Positions 26,478 to 38,141 of a DNA stretch of 64,000 nucleotides are shown one piece after another. Origin of the DNA: Minisyncoccota bacterium (lineage in GTDB: Bacteria; Patescibacteriota; Minisyncoccia; Phycocordibacterales; UBA9973); contig JBAYHR010000001.1 in the NCBI GenBank assembly GCA_041666045.1, positions 119,460 to 183,459 on the forward strand. The letters run 5' to 3'. The translations under genes and the position numbers were made by a program. The notes under the pieces were generated by a model. It saw only the letters and a program-made list of their open reading frames with translations. It did no database searches and had not been told where the DNA came from. Numbering within the stretch: position 1 is the first letter of the stretch; every line of letters begins with the position of its first letter.

Positions 26478-28397
26478 ATGAAAATAGTAACAGTAATACC
26501 TTTTCAAAAAAGCTCTTTTAAAGACGAATTGACCTATTTTACATCACAAAATATAGTTCTTGGTGATATTGTAGATATTTCTGTAAGAAATAAAAATATT
26601 CTTGGTTTTGTGATCTCTTGCGAAGATATAAAAGGAAATAAATCAGATATTAAAAATATGCCTTTTAATTTAAAAAAAATAAAAGGCGCTAAAAAACATT
26701 CTATTTTCTTAAAAAAATTCATAGAATCAACATTTCTTATTGGAAAATATTTTGTGTCAAAAAGAAATTTGTCTATTTCATCTTTAATACCATCTGTATT
26801 TTTAGAAAAATATGACGAAATATCAAAAATAAAAAATAATACAAAAAAACAAAAAGATGTTTCAAAAAACATACTATCTGAAAAATTACTTTTTCAAGCT
26901 CCAATCTCTGGTCGTATAGATTTCTATAAAATTTTAATTCGCAGTTCATTCGCTGAAAAAAAATCTATTTTTATGGTTTTACCAAATGAACACGATATAG
27001 AGATTTTTTCTAAAATGCTTTCAAAAGGACTTGAAAATTTTACTTTTTCTATCCATGGGAATTTAAGCTCTAAAAAACAAATTGAAAAATTTAAAGATAT
27101 ATTAAAATCTGTTCATCCTGTATTAATACTAGGAACTGCTCCGTTTTTATCTATACCTCGTAAAGATTTAGAGACAATAATAGTTGAAAATGAAAATACA
27201 AATGCTTATAAAATGATAAGTAGACCCTATTTTGATCTGCGAATCTTTGCTGAAATTTATGCATCAAAAATTAATGCTAAATTTATATTAAGTGATTCAT
27301 TGCTTAGATTTGAAAGTATTGCCAGAAAAGAATTAGATAATTTTTCTGAAGTTCATCCTTTATCTTACAAAATAAATTTTGAAGGAAAAATAGAAATTCC
27401 TGAAAGACAAAAAGAATTTAAAATATTAGAAGATAGTACAATTAAAGAAATACAAAATAAAATAGCTAATAAAGAGAACGTATTTATATTTTCTTTAAGA
27501 AAAGGATTGGCAACTATGACTGTATGTAGAGATTGCAATGAAATAATAAATTGCGATCAATGCCAATCCCCACTTGTTTTATATATCTCAAATACAACTA
27601 AAAAAAGGTTATTTATATGCAATAGATGCCGAAAAGAAAAAAACCCTGAAACTACATGCTCTAGATGCGGAAGTTGGAATTTAATGCCTTTAGGTATAGG
27701 CACAGACACTGTATTTGAAGAAATAAAAAAATTATTTACTAAAACAAAGATATTTAAACTTGATAAAGAAATAGCAAAAAATACCAGTGGTGCTGAAAAA
27801 ATAATAACTGAATTTGAAAAAGAAAATGGAGCAATACTTATAGGCACTGAAATGGCTCTTTATTATATTAAAAACAAAATCCAACTTTCAATAGTCGCTT
27901 CTTTTGATTCACTTTGGAGCATTCCAAATTTTAAAATGGGAGAAAAAATTATTAAACTTTTAACATCGATAATTTCTAAAACCAAAGATAAATTAATCAT
28001 ACAAACAAAAAATACTCAAGATCCTGCGATACTAACCATTAAAAACCAAAATCTACTTTCTTTTGTGCGAGAAGATTTAGAAGATAGAAAAAATTTAGGT
28101 TATCCGCCATTTAATCGTTTTATTAAAATTATTCATTTAGGAAATAAAGATGAAATAGAAAATACAAAAAAATATTTAGAAGAAATCTTTAAAGAATATA
28201 ATATAGAAATTTTTAGCGGATTTATCGCTAAAATTAAAGATAAATATGTAACAAATATGTTAATTAAACTAAATTACGAAAAATGGTCATTGCCAGAACT
28301 TTCAAACAACGCTTCCATAGATGAAAACTTATTAAATAAACTACTATCACTTCCTAAAGATTTTTCAGTTAAAATAGATCCGGAAGATATTATATAA
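26478..28397 (+). CDS. priA: PriA-like primosomal protein N' with degenerate Walker A/B motifs
   Basis: The PriA-specific Cys-rich zinc module CRDC...CDQC...CNRC...CSRC is present. The positions corresponding to GxGKT and DEEH read APISGRID and ENEN. Confidence 0.65.
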   Translation: MKIVTVIPFQKSSFKDELTYFTSQNIVLGDIVDISVRNKNILGFVISCEDIKGNKSDIKNMPFNLKKIKGAKKHSIFLKKFIESTFLIGKYFVSKRNLSISSLIPSVFLEKYDEISKIKNNTKKQKDVSKNILSEKLLFQAPISGRIDFYKILIRSSFAEKKSIFMVLPNEHDIEIFSKMLSKGLENFTFSIHGNLSSKKQIEKFKDILKSVHPVLILGTAPFLSIPRKDLETIIVENENTNAYKMISRPYFDLRIFAEIYASKINAKFILSDSLLRFESIARKELDNFSEVHPLSYKINFEGKIEIPERQKEFKILEDSTIKEIQNKIANKENVFIFSLRKGLATMTVCRDCNEIINCDQCQSPLVLYISNTTKKRLFICNRCRKEKNPETTCSRCGSWNLMPLGIGTDTVFEEIKKLFTKTKIFKLDKEIAKNTSGAEKIITEFEKENGAILIGTEMALYYIKNKIQLSIVASFDSLWSIPNFKMGEKIIKLLTSIISKTKDKLIIQTKNTQDPAILTIKNQNLLSFVREDLEDRKNLGYPPFNRFIKIIHLGNKDEIENTKKYLEEIFKEYNIEIFSGFIAKIKDKYVTNMLIKLNYEKWSLPELSNNASIDENLLNKLLSLPKDFSVKIDPEDII

Positions 28398-28423
28398 ATT
28401 AGTGTTTTAAATGCTTTGTAATG

Positions 28424-28459
28424 TGTCCGACTTAGCTTTAATTTTAAAGTCGTCGGACA
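28424..28459. other. stable hairpin (8-bp stem TGTCCGAC/GTCGGACA, 20-nt loop) downstream of priA
   Basis: A palindrome with no adjacent T-run. It may terminate a leftward transcript from the orphan promoter at 28648-28676. Confidence 0.3.
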
Positions 28460-28472
28460 AATTGAAAACATT

Positions 28473-28610
28473 TTATGTTTTGGCATTTATAAAGTTTTTT
28501 AATTCTTCATATTCGCAACAAATGTGTTGTTCTGCCAAATTTAATCGTCTTTCTATTGTTATTACTTTCCACATAGATTTCATAACATTCATAAAAATTG
28601 ATTTTATCAT
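28473..28610 (-). CDS. possible 45-aa small protein in an orphan promoter-ORF-hairpin module
   Basis: MIKSIFMNVMKSMWKVITIERRLNLAEQHICCEYEELKNFINAKT. There is no homology evidence. Confidence 0.2.
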   Translation of the reverse strand: MIKSIFMNVMKSMWKVITIERRLNLAEQHICCEYEELKNFINAKT

Positions 28611-28647
28611 ATATAATTAATTAAAGGTTTTTACTAGATCTGTGTAA

Positions 28648-28676
28648 ATTATATATTATATATAATCAAATGTCAA
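28648..28676 (-). promoter_or_regulatory. consensus sigma70 promoter on the minus strand (TTGACA-17-TATAAT)
   Basis: The minus strand reads TTGACA, then tttgattatatataata, then TATAAT. It lies downstream of the rsmI stop, so it is an independent promoter. Confidence 0.45.
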
Positions 28677-28748
28677 GTAAATTTACATAAAACCCTTAAA
28701 AAATAAGCTAAAATAGTGAAATAAATATAAAAAAGTGTCAATATCACA

Positions 28749-29429
28749 TTAATTACCAACGATTACTGTGAATTCCCCTCTTTGCTTTTCCTTGTTTTCT
28801 GTTAAATATTTTAAAACCTCTTCTGGAGTGCCAGTTTTGAATTCTTCATATATTTTAGTTAATTCTCTTGCAATACATACTTTTTTAGTAGGAGAAAATT
28901 TAACTAATGATTCTAACGTTTTTAAAATTCTATGAGGAGATTCATAAAACACCATCGTTCTTTCTGATTGCGCTATTTCTTTAAACAAAGTTTCTCTTCC
29001 CTTTTTATGTGGCAAAAAACCAAGAAAAGTAAATTCGTGAGTGGTTAAACCACAAGCAGATAATCCTGCTATCAACGCTGAGGCCCCTGGTATTGGTATA
29101 ACTTGCACTTCATCAATATTAAACTTTTCTTTTATTTTAGAAATAAGCATTGCTCCAGGATCTGAAATTGTTGGAGTGCCTGCGTCTGACACTAAAGCTA
29201 AATTTTTCCCTTCTTCTAGAAGCTCAAAAATTTTATCGGTCTTTGCTAACTTACTCCGAGCATGATAACTCATAGTAGGTTTATTTATTTGATATTTGTC
29301 TAAAAGTTTTTTTGTAACTCTTGTATCTTCACACAAAATCAAATCCACTTCTTTAAGCGTATCAATTGCCCGAAAAGTGATATCTCCCATATTTCCTATT
29401 GGTGTAGCAACTACATAAAATTTACTCAT
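28749..29429 (-). CDS. rsmI: 16S rRNA (cytidine1402-2'-O)-methyltransferase, tetrapyrrole-methylase fold
   Basis: N-terminus YVVATPIGNMGDITFRAIDTLKEVDLILCEDTR. Confidence 0.85.
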   Translation of the reverse strand: MSKFYVVATPIGNMGDITFRAIDTLKEVDLILCEDTRVTKKLLDKYQINKPTMSYHARSKLAKTDKIFELLEEGKNLALVSDAGTPTISDPGAMLISKIKEKFNIDEVQVIPIPGASALIAGLSACGLTTHEFTFLGFLPHKKGRETLFKEIAQSERTMVFYESPHRILKTLESLVKFSPTKKVCIARELTKIYEEFKTGTPEEVLKYLTENKEKQRGEFTVIVGN

Positions 29430-29926
29430 TTTCTTTTATATTTACCTATTAATTCTGCTTCTTCTATTATATGCCCTTCTAAAGCCTTTAGAACTTCTTT
29501 TTTAGTTGAACCTTGTTGTAAATTAAGTAAAGTATCCAAGGCGTAAAGCTTAAAGAAATATCTGTGTTCTCTATCTGGAGGACATGGTGAACCGTAAGTA
29601 TCGTTGCCAGTTGTATTTCTACCAAGAATTCCAGCTGGTATAGTATTTTCTTCTATACCTTTTACTTCTGGAGACATATTAAAAATAACCCAATGATCCC
29701 AAACATCTATATTAAAACTTTGTTTTACAGATTCTGGAATATCTGGATCATCAACTATTAAAGCTAAACTTTTTGCTTCTTTAGGAACATTAATAAAAGA
29801 TAAAGGTGGATTTATCCCTTCTCCATCACAAGTATATTTTGAGGGTAATTCTCCATTATTTTTAAATGCTGAACTTTCTATTTTCATAAAATTATTATAA
29901 TCTAATTTCTTTTTCAAGCCAATCAA
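29426..29926 (-). CDS. YbhB/YbcL-family phosphatidylethanolamine-binding protein (PEBP)
   Basis: DDPD, DHWV and GYGSPCPP..HRYFFKLYAL motifs. Confidence 0.8.
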   Translation of the reverse strand: MIGLKKKLDYNNFMKIESSAFKNNGELPSKYTCDGEGINPPLSFINVPKEAKSLALIVDDPDIPESVKQSFNIDVWDHWVIFNMSPEVKGIEENTIPAGILGRNTTGNDTYGSPCPPDREHRYFFKLYALDTLLNLQQGSTKKEVLKALEGHIIEEAELIGKYKRK

Positions 29927-30866
29927 TTTTATTATTCTTTCTTTGCCACCATAAATCCTCCCAAATATAATGCACAGCTAGTTTCTTCCATACACCAAAC
30001 TCTTTTTGGAAATAAATAATCATTTTGTTAGTTGGCACTAACTCTTTTTCATAATTTTTATTCCAAAAAAGTTTTGTGTAAATCTTTTGTTCCCATGGTG
30101 AAATTTTTCTCAGATAATCAAATCGATGGAAAATACCTTCCATCATATAATCAGTAGAAGCAGGACCTATTCCATAAAGAGACACAAGAGCTTTTTCTTG
30201 TTCCTCAGCACTTTTTCCTCTTAATTCAAATTCATCAACTAATTTTTCAGTAAATTGTTTTGAAATTTTGTATATAGATTTTGCTCGATAGCCCAATTTT
30301 AAAGCACGAAGTTTTTCTTCAGAACTTTTAGTAACTAAATATTTTGGATCCCAAAATCCATATAATTCTTTACCTGCAAATTTCAATTTCATCCCATAAT
30401 TATCAAATAGTGCTTGCATCATTGATATCGTTCTGCGAACAGTGGCATTTTGTAATGTAATAGCAATGATTATATATTCGTATAGTGAACCAGAATGGGA
30501 AGGCCTCATGCCTTTAAATCTTTTTATAGCTTTACTTAAAATTTTATTATCGCCAACTTCTTTGTAAAATTTCTTTACATCAAGATCTAAGTTATAGCGA
30601 TAAATTATTTCTTTTTTTAATTCTTCAATAAAAATTTTATTTAATTTGTCTTCAGAAAAAACTTGCAAAATTATTGTAGGTTTTGTGTCTTTAAACACTA
30701 ACCCAAGATTTTTGCCTTGCCAAAGCATTGTTTGATAATATGTACCCGATTCCCAATAGTTATCAGGAGTAGAAAAATGATCTGGTTTATGAAAAGTAGA
30801 ATCAAACTGAAAAGGCTGAGTTGGGAATAATTTTAATATCACCTTATTCTTTAAAATCTTTTTCAT
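29895..30866 (-). CDS. HhH-GPD superfamily DNA glycosylase (AlkA/Ogg-like)
   Basis: A helix-hairpin-helix Gly/Pro region LVSLYGIGPASTDYM and the overall size (323 aa) fit. Confidence 0.5.
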   Translation of the reverse strand: MKKILKNKVILKLFPTQPFQFDSTFHKPDHFSTPDNYWESGTYYQTMLWQGKNLGLVFKDTKPTIILQVFSEDKLNKIFIEELKKEIIYRYNLDLDVKKFYKEVGDNKILSKAIKRFKGMRPSHSGSLYEYIIIAITLQNATVRRTISMMQALFDNYGMKLKFAGKELYGFWDPKYLVTKSSEEKLRALKLGYRAKSIYKISKQFTEKLVDEFELRGKSAEEQEKALVSLYGIGPASTDYMMEGIFHRFDYLRKISPWEQKIYTKLFWNKNYEKELVPTNKMIIYFQKEFGVWKKLAVHYIWEDLWWQRKNNKIDWLEKEIRL

Positions 30867-30923
30867 AAAATTTTGAGCTTTTTTAAAGCAATTTGATATT
30901 AAACAAACAAGGACTTTCTTTAT

Positions 30924-31187
30924 TTACGATTGTTGACTCACTATATCAGCCAAAATTACAACGTTACTTTTAGGACGAATTTCTAGAACTCCTCCAGTAA
31001 CTTTGAATTTTATTTCTTTGTCCGCTTTTTTTACAATTATTTCTCCACCCGAAAGAGCTGAAACCAATTGCATGTGAGTAGGAAGAATTTCAATTATTCC
31101 CGTTTGAGTAGGCACAAAAACAGAATCTGCCTCACCTTCATAGGCTATTTTATCTTTCGCTATAATTACTAATTTTAAATCGTGCAT
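30924..31187 (-). CDS. atpC: ATP synthase epsilon subunit (short, beta-sandwich only)
   Basis: The position at the end of the atp operon plus an epsilon N-terminal-domain sequence. Confidence 0.75.
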   Translation of the reverse strand: MHDLKLVIIAKDKIAYEGEADSVFVPTQTGIIEILPTHMQLVSALSGGEIIVKKADKEIKFKVTGGVLEIRPKSNVVILADIVSQQS

Positions 31188-31205
31188 TTTAGCTTGTTAA
31201 ATAAA

Positions 31206-32603
<1,398 letters not shown>

Positions 32604-32613
32604 TTACTAATAA

Positions 32614-33534
32614 TTAATTTACATTTAACGCTTCAGCTCCGGCGACTATTTCGGAAAGTTCTCTTGTAATACCATCTTGTCTTGCATGATTGTAAGACAA
32701 AGTAAGTCCATCTAATATTGTCGTTGCGCTATCTCCAGCATTCCTCATAGCAAACATACGAGCAGAATGTTCTGACGCATAAGCTTCAGCTAATGTCTGA
32801 TAGATAACTACATCAACAAGTCCCGGTAAAATATTATTCAAAATTTCATTCTTATTTGGTTCAAAAGAATAATTTACAAAATTATTTTCTAAATTCCCTT
32901 GATTCTCCTCTTGCATTTCTTCTATTATATTTTTTATTGTTTCAACACTTATTGGAAAAATTTCTCTTAAAACTGGTTTATAAGTAGTTGATTTTAAAAA
33001 TTCTGTATATAAAATTTTTACACTTTTATATCCTCCTTCGATAAATTCTTTAGTAACTAAATTACTCAATTCTTTTACTTGTTCAATGGTTGAATATTCA
33101 GAGAAAGTTATAAAACTTGCAAATATTGGCAAATTTAATTTTTTACAAATTCTTTCAGCATATTTACCTATAGTAACAGCCTTTAAACCTTCTCCTGTGC
33201 TGAGCGAGGTCGAAGCATGTTTTTTAAAATATAAATTTAATGCTTTAAATAAATTTGTATGATAACCTCCGCACAATCCCTTATTACTTGCGATTAAAAT
33301 AATTAATTCTTTATTATTCTTTCCTGCAGTCATCAAAGGATGAGAAACGTCTTTGTCTTTTGAAAGATTAACTAAAAGCTCTAAAGCATACCTAGAATAA
33401 GTTCTAGAAGACAAAGCCTTATCTACAGCTCTTCTCATTTTGGAAACAGAAACCATTTCCATCGTTTTGGTGATTTTTTTGATATTTCCAACTGACTTTA
33501 TTTTTTGTTTTATTGCTTTTGTTTGTAACGGCAT
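32614..33534 (-). CDS. atpG: ATP synthase gamma subunit
   Basis: Gamma N- and C-terminal coiled-coil helices and the operon position. Confidence 0.85.
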   Translation of the reverse strand: MPLQTKAIKQKIKSVGNIKKITKTMEMVSVSKMRRAVDKALSSRTYSRYALELLVNLSKDKDVSHPLMTAGKNNKELIILIASNKGLCGGYHTNLFKALNLYFKKHASTSLSTGEGLKAVTIGKYAERICKKLNLPIFASFITFSEYSTIEQVKELSNLVTKEFIEGGYKSVKILYTEFLKSTTYKPVLREIFPISVETIKNIIEEMQEENQGNLENNFVNYSFEPNKNEILNNILPGLVDVVIYQTLAEAYASEHSARMFAMRNAGDSATTILDGLTLSYNHARQDGITRELSEIVAGAEALNVN

Positions 33535-33535
33535 T

Positions 33536-35023
33536 TTAATTCCCCATAAATTCTTTAATGGCTTCTTTTAATTCATTTTCAATTTTTTCATCCCAACCAC
33601 CTTCAAGATTTTTTAACAAATCTTTTTTAGAACGATCCAAAAATCCATAGAAATTTTCTTCCCAAGCTTTGATTTCTGTAATTTCTAATTCATCTAAATA
33701 TCCTTCGTTTACAGCATAAATTGAACAAACTTGTTTAGAAACTAATATTGGTGAATATTGATTCTGTTTCAAAAGTTCAGTAACACGTTGACCTCTATTG
33801 ATTGCTTTCTTTGTTTCCGCATCAAGGTCAGAACCGAATTGAGCAAAAGATTCAAGTTCACGATATTGTGCCATCGCTAATTTCATTTTACCGGAAACTT
33901 TTTTCATTGATTTTATTTGAGCATCTCCTCCAACACGAGAAACAGAAAGTCCCACGTTAATAGCTGGACGAATTCCTTTATTAAAAAGACTTGTTTCCAA
34001 GAAAATTTGTCCGTCAGTAATAGAAATAACGTTGGTAGGAATATATGCTGACAAGTCTCCAGCTTGAGTTTCAATAATTGGGAGTGCAGTAATAGAACCA
34101 CCTCCAAAATTTTTATTTAAACGACATGCACGTTCGAGTAAACGAGAATGTAAATAAAAAACATCTCCGGGATAAGCTTCACGACCTGGTGGACGACGAA
34201 GCAATAGAGAAATTTCACGGTAAGCTACTGCATGTTTTGACAAGTCATCATATACAACTAAAACATCTTTTCCTTTATCTAAAAAGTATTCTGCAAGCGC
34301 AGTACCAGAGTAAGGAGCCAAGAATGAAAATGCTGGACCATCAGAAGATCCGGCTGAAACAACTATTGTATAATCCATAGCCCCAGCTTCTTTTAATTTT
34401 GAAACCATACGAGCAACCTTTGATTGTTTTTGAGAAATTGCAACATAAACACAAATAAGATTTTGTCCTTTTTGGTTTATTATTGTGTCGATAGCAATAG
34501 CAGTTTTTCCTGTCTGTCTATCTCCAATAATAAGTTCACGCTGTCCACGACCGATAGGGATCATGGCATCTATTGCTTTTAACCCTGTTTGCACTGGGGT
34601 CTTCACTCTCTCACGAGTCATAACACCAGAAGCAACTTTTTCTACAGGATAAAATGCGTCTTCCTTAATAGCGCCTGCTTCATCTATTGGAACTCCAAGA
34701 GGATTCACAACACGGCCAATAAATTTATCACCAACAGGAATTGAAAGAATTTTATTTGTTCTTTTTACAGTCTCACCTTCTTTAATTTTTGAAAAATCAC
34801 CAAGAACAATTGCCCCAACAGAATCTTCTTCCAAGTTAAGAGCAAGACCCAGAGCTCCAGATTCAAATGAAATCATTTCAGATGACTGACATTTTGCAAG
34901 ACCTGAAATCTTTGCAATTCCATCCGCAATACTCATAACCGTGCCGTATTCATAAGTCTCGGCTTTACCCTCAAAACTAACTATCTTCTTTTTTAAATTT
35001 TCTATTGTTGCATTAGCGCTCAT
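33536..35023 (-). CDS. atpA: ATP synthase alpha subunit
   Basis: Walker A GDRQTGKT and the alpha-subunit length. Confidence 0.95.
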   Translation of the reverse strand: MSANATIENLKKKIVSFEGKAETYEYGTVMSIADGIAKISGLAKCQSSEMISFESGALGLALNLEEDSVGAIVLGDFSKIKEGETVKRTNKILSIPVGDKFIGRVVNPLGVPIDEAGAIKEDAFYPVEKVASGVMTRERVKTPVQTGLKAIDAMIPIGRGQRELIIGDRQTGKTAIAIDTIINQKGQNLICVYVAISQKQSKVARMVSKLKEAGAMDYTIVVSAGSSDGPAFSFLAPYSGTALAEYFLDKGKDVLVVYDDLSKHAVAYREISLLLRRPPGREAYPGDVFYLHSRLLERACRLNKNFGGGSITALPIIETQAGDLSAYIPTNVISITDGQIFLETSLFNKGIRPAINVGLSVSRVGGDAQIKSMKKVSGKMKLAMAQYRELESFAQFGSDLDAETKKAINRGQRVTELLKQNQYSPILVSKQVCSIYAVNEGYLDELEITEIKAWEENFYGFLDRSKKDLLKNLEGGWDEKIENELKEAIKEFMGN

Positions 35024-35034
35024 TTGTTTTTTAT

Positions 35035-35409
35035 TTAATTAATAAAATTTTCTTGTAATTTTCTCAAACCTGTCATAATACTGGAGTCATAAATAACTCC
35101 GCCCCATTTTGCTCTAAATCCACCTATTAATTCTTTTTTAACTTTTATAACTTCATCTAATTTATCAGCCTTTAAAAAAGTTTTAATATTTTTAATAGTT
35201 TCATGTTTTATTTCATGAGCTATTTCTATTTGAATCCCCTTCTTTTCGTTTTCTTGTTCTATTATCTTTTCTAGGTGATATACAACTGAAGGCATCTGAG
35301 CTTTCAAATTTCTTTTTTCTACAAAATCAAAAAACTTCTTATCCAAACCTTCAGATTTGTCTTCTGAAAGTTCATAAAGTGCACGAGCAAGTTGTTTTGA
35401 TTTAATCAT
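35035..35409 (-). CDS. atpH: ATP synthase delta (OSCP) subunit, short
   Basis: The operon position between atpF and atpA, with a weak OSCP-like sequence. Confidence 0.55.
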   Translation of the reverse strand: MIKSKQLARALYELSEDKSEGLDKKFFDFVEKRNLKAQMPSVVYHLEKIIEQENEKKGIQIEIAHEIKHETIKNIKTFLKADKLDEVIKVKKELIGGFRAKWGGVIYDSSIMTGLRKLQENFIN

Positions 35410-35412
35410 ATA

Positions 35413-36205
<793 letters not shown>

Positions 36206-36235
36206 CTAATAATTTTTCGACTAATTTTTAATAAT

Positions 36236-37132
36236 TTATACATGCACCGTTTCTTTTTCGTGGTGTTTTTCTTTGTGCTCATCATGTTCAGAATGATCTT
36301 GTGCAGCTATTGTGAAATAAACTGTGGCAAGCAAGCTGAATATTAAAGCTTGGATAAGCCCAACAAACACTTCTAAAAATAAAAATGGTCCAGGTACAAT
36401 AAAAACAAATATTGCTGACATTGATGCTAAAAGCACCTCTCCAGCAAAAACGTTACCGAATAATCGGAAAGAAAGCGAAGCAATTTTTGCCATTTCTCCA
36501 AGGAGTTCTAAGAGTCCAACAAAGAAATTAATAGGAGCAACAATAAGCACTGTCGGATCTTTCCTAACTTTCGTAAAAATCGATCCGAGTCCTTTTAGAT
36601 TAACATATTTATTAAAAGTTTTCCAGAGACCAATTGCAAGGATACCGAAGAAGTTTGAAGCAAGAACTATCATTATACTTAAGGCTAAAGTAGTATTTAT
36701 ATCAGCTGTCCCTGAACGTAAAAAAGGAATAAAAACAGAATTCGCTCCTTCTTTCGCTATTAGACCCATAGAACCCAAAATCGGTAAAAGTCCAAGCCAA
36801 TTACTTACTAAAATAAAAATAAAGAGAGAGAAAACTAGTGGAAAAATCTTTTTTGAAATTTTACGATCATTTGTAACTTGATCTACTAAAGACAAAGCTC
36901 CATCCATTATTACTTCAAAAATATGCTGAAGTTTTCCTGGGATCTTTTTTAATTTCATCCTTATTATTATTGAAAAAACTAAAATAACTAAAACCGCAAG
37001 CCAAGAAGTTAAAAGTGAATTTGTAACCTGAAAACTGCCGATATTAAAAATAGGTTCAGCATAAATAGTCACTTCATGACTTACTTGTTCTTCTACTATA
37101 TTTTCTTGTATTTGTATTTCATTATTTTCCAT
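36236..37132 (-). CDS. atpB: ATP synthase subunit a
   Basis: A polytopic membrane protein with a conserved Arg region (SLSFRLFGNVFAGE). Confidence 0.85.
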   Translation of the reverse strand: MENNEIQIQENIVEEQVSHEVTIYAEPIFNIGSFQVTNSLLTSWLAVLVILVFSIIIRMKLKKIPGKLQHIFEVIMDGALSLVDQVTNDRKISKKIFPLVFSLFIFILVSNWLGLLPILGSMGLIAKEGANSVFIPFLRSGTADINTTLALSIMIVLASNFFGILAIGLWKTFNKYVNLKGLGSIFTKVRKDPTVLIVAPINFFVGLLELLGEMAKIASLSFRLFGNVFAGEVLLASMSAIFVFIVPGPFLFLEVFVGLIQALIFSLLATVYFTIAAQDHSEHDEHKEKHHEKETVHV

Positions 37133-37391
37133 CTTTTTCTAAATCTTTTTTATATTTTTTTATTTCAAGCCAAATACCAAAAATCGTTATAATAAAACTT
37201 AATCCTAAAATAATAAAAAGTTGTTTTCCATTTAATGTATATTTATTTAAAATTAACGCAAGAACAGCAGGAATTACTATCCAACCAGTTGTTTTTGCAT
37301 AAAAGTATAAAACTTGTTTTTTCCAATCATTTTTCATTTTATTTTGCAAAAAACCAGAAATATATCTGAATAAATAAAAGGATGATAACAA
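37122..37391 (-). CDS. AtpI/AtpZ-like small membrane protein at the head of the atp operon
   Basis: An 89-aa ORF with 2 TM helices, a TTG start in the track, and a position upstream of atpB. Confidence 0.35.
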   Translation of the reverse strand: MLSSFYLFRYISGFLQNKMKNDWKKQVLYFYAKTTGWIVIPAVLALILNKYTLNGKQLFIILGLSFIITIFGIWLEIKKYKKDLEKDGK

Positions 37392-37427
37392 AAATAATTG
37401 TAATAATTTCTTTTTTACTATTCATAG

Positions 37428-37499
37428 TGAGCGTGGATGGAATCGGACCATCGACCTCTGTCTTATCAGGACAGCGTTCTACCACTGAACTACACGCTC
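37428..37499 (-). tRNA. tRNA-Ile (anticodon GAU)
   Basis: Acceptor GAGCGTG/CACGCTC, anticodon loop CTGATAA, T-loop TCCGATT and discriminator A. Confidence 0.8.
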
Positions 37500-37518
37500 A
37501 TTTATATATTTTTTAATG

Positions 37519-37555
37519 TCATACCCGTAGCGTCCTATACCGAACTACACGCTCA
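37519..37555 (-). pseudogene. tRNA-Ile 5'-half fragment (pseudo-tRNA)
   Basis: The minus strand reads GAGCGTGTAGTTCGGTATAGGACGCTACGGGTATGA. The first 13 nt are identical to tRNA-Ile, followed by a D-arm-like segment, and it is truncated before the anticodon stem. A 14-bp direct repeat GAACTACACGCTCA occurs at 37487-37500 and 37542-37555. Confidence 0.5.
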
Positions 37556-37616
37556 ATAATTTATAAAGAATAACTTAGAAAATATAACAAAAAAAATGAA
37601 TTTTGGCAAACAAAAA

Positions 37617-37650
37617 ATCACTTATATATTTATAAGTGATTTTTTGTTTA
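37617..37650. terminator. bidirectional terminator (perfect palindrome AAAATCACTTATA/TATAAGTGATTTT)
   Basis: It lies downstream of the RRM-protein gene on the minus strand and is flanked by A and T runs. Confidence 0.6.
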
Positions 37651-37664
37651 AAGTATTATAGAGA

Positions 37665-37985
37665 TTAGTATTCTCGGCGTCCGCGATTACCTCCTCCGTA
37701 TCCGCCTCCATTTCCACCTGTTCTTGGTGGGCGAGCTTCCATTGGGCGAGCTTCATTAACTGTAAGCTTACGTCCATCGAATTCTTGTCCATTGAACATT
37801 TCAATAGCTTTTTGAGCTTCTTCGTCTGTTGACATTTCAACAAAACCGAAACCTTTTGAACGACCGGACATTTTGTCCATAATAATTGTAGCAGATGTAA
37901 CTGAACCTGCTTGTGCGAAATGCTCTTTGAGCGCTTCGTCTTGTGTACTGTAAGGTAAACCCCCTACATATAGCTTTGTAGCCAT
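37665..37985 (-). CDS. RRM-type RNA-binding protein with a glycine-rich C-terminus
   Basis: RNP-2 LYVGGL and RNP-1 KGFGFVEM motifs, with a GGNGGGYGGGNRGRR tail. Confidence 0.85.
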   Translation of the reverse strand: MATKLYVGGLPYSTQDEALKEHFAQAGSVTSATIIMDKMSGRSKGFGFVEMSTDEEAQKAIEMFNGQEFDGRKLTVNEARPMEARPPRTGGNGGGYGGGNRGRREY

Positions 37986-38141
37986 ACTATTTATTTCTCC
38001 TGTTTTTTAAAAATCAGGCAAAAACTATTTATAATGCCTACCCGACTTGGGCTGGCGTAGATACTTTGTCGCTTAATCAAAAAAGCTCTCAAGAAACTAC
38101 ATCTAAAGTATCTCATAACTATCTTCAAATAGCAATAATTT

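Noticed and set aside
36324-36881. Long antisense ORFs inside conserved genes
   Set aside because: Examples are 36324-36881 in atpB, 9075-9407 in dprA, 59045-59320 in the MFS gene, 61529-61802 in murF and 31852-32276 in atpD. They lie entirely within well-supported conserved genes on the opposite strand, are low-complexity translations, and are typical AT-rich antisense artefacts.
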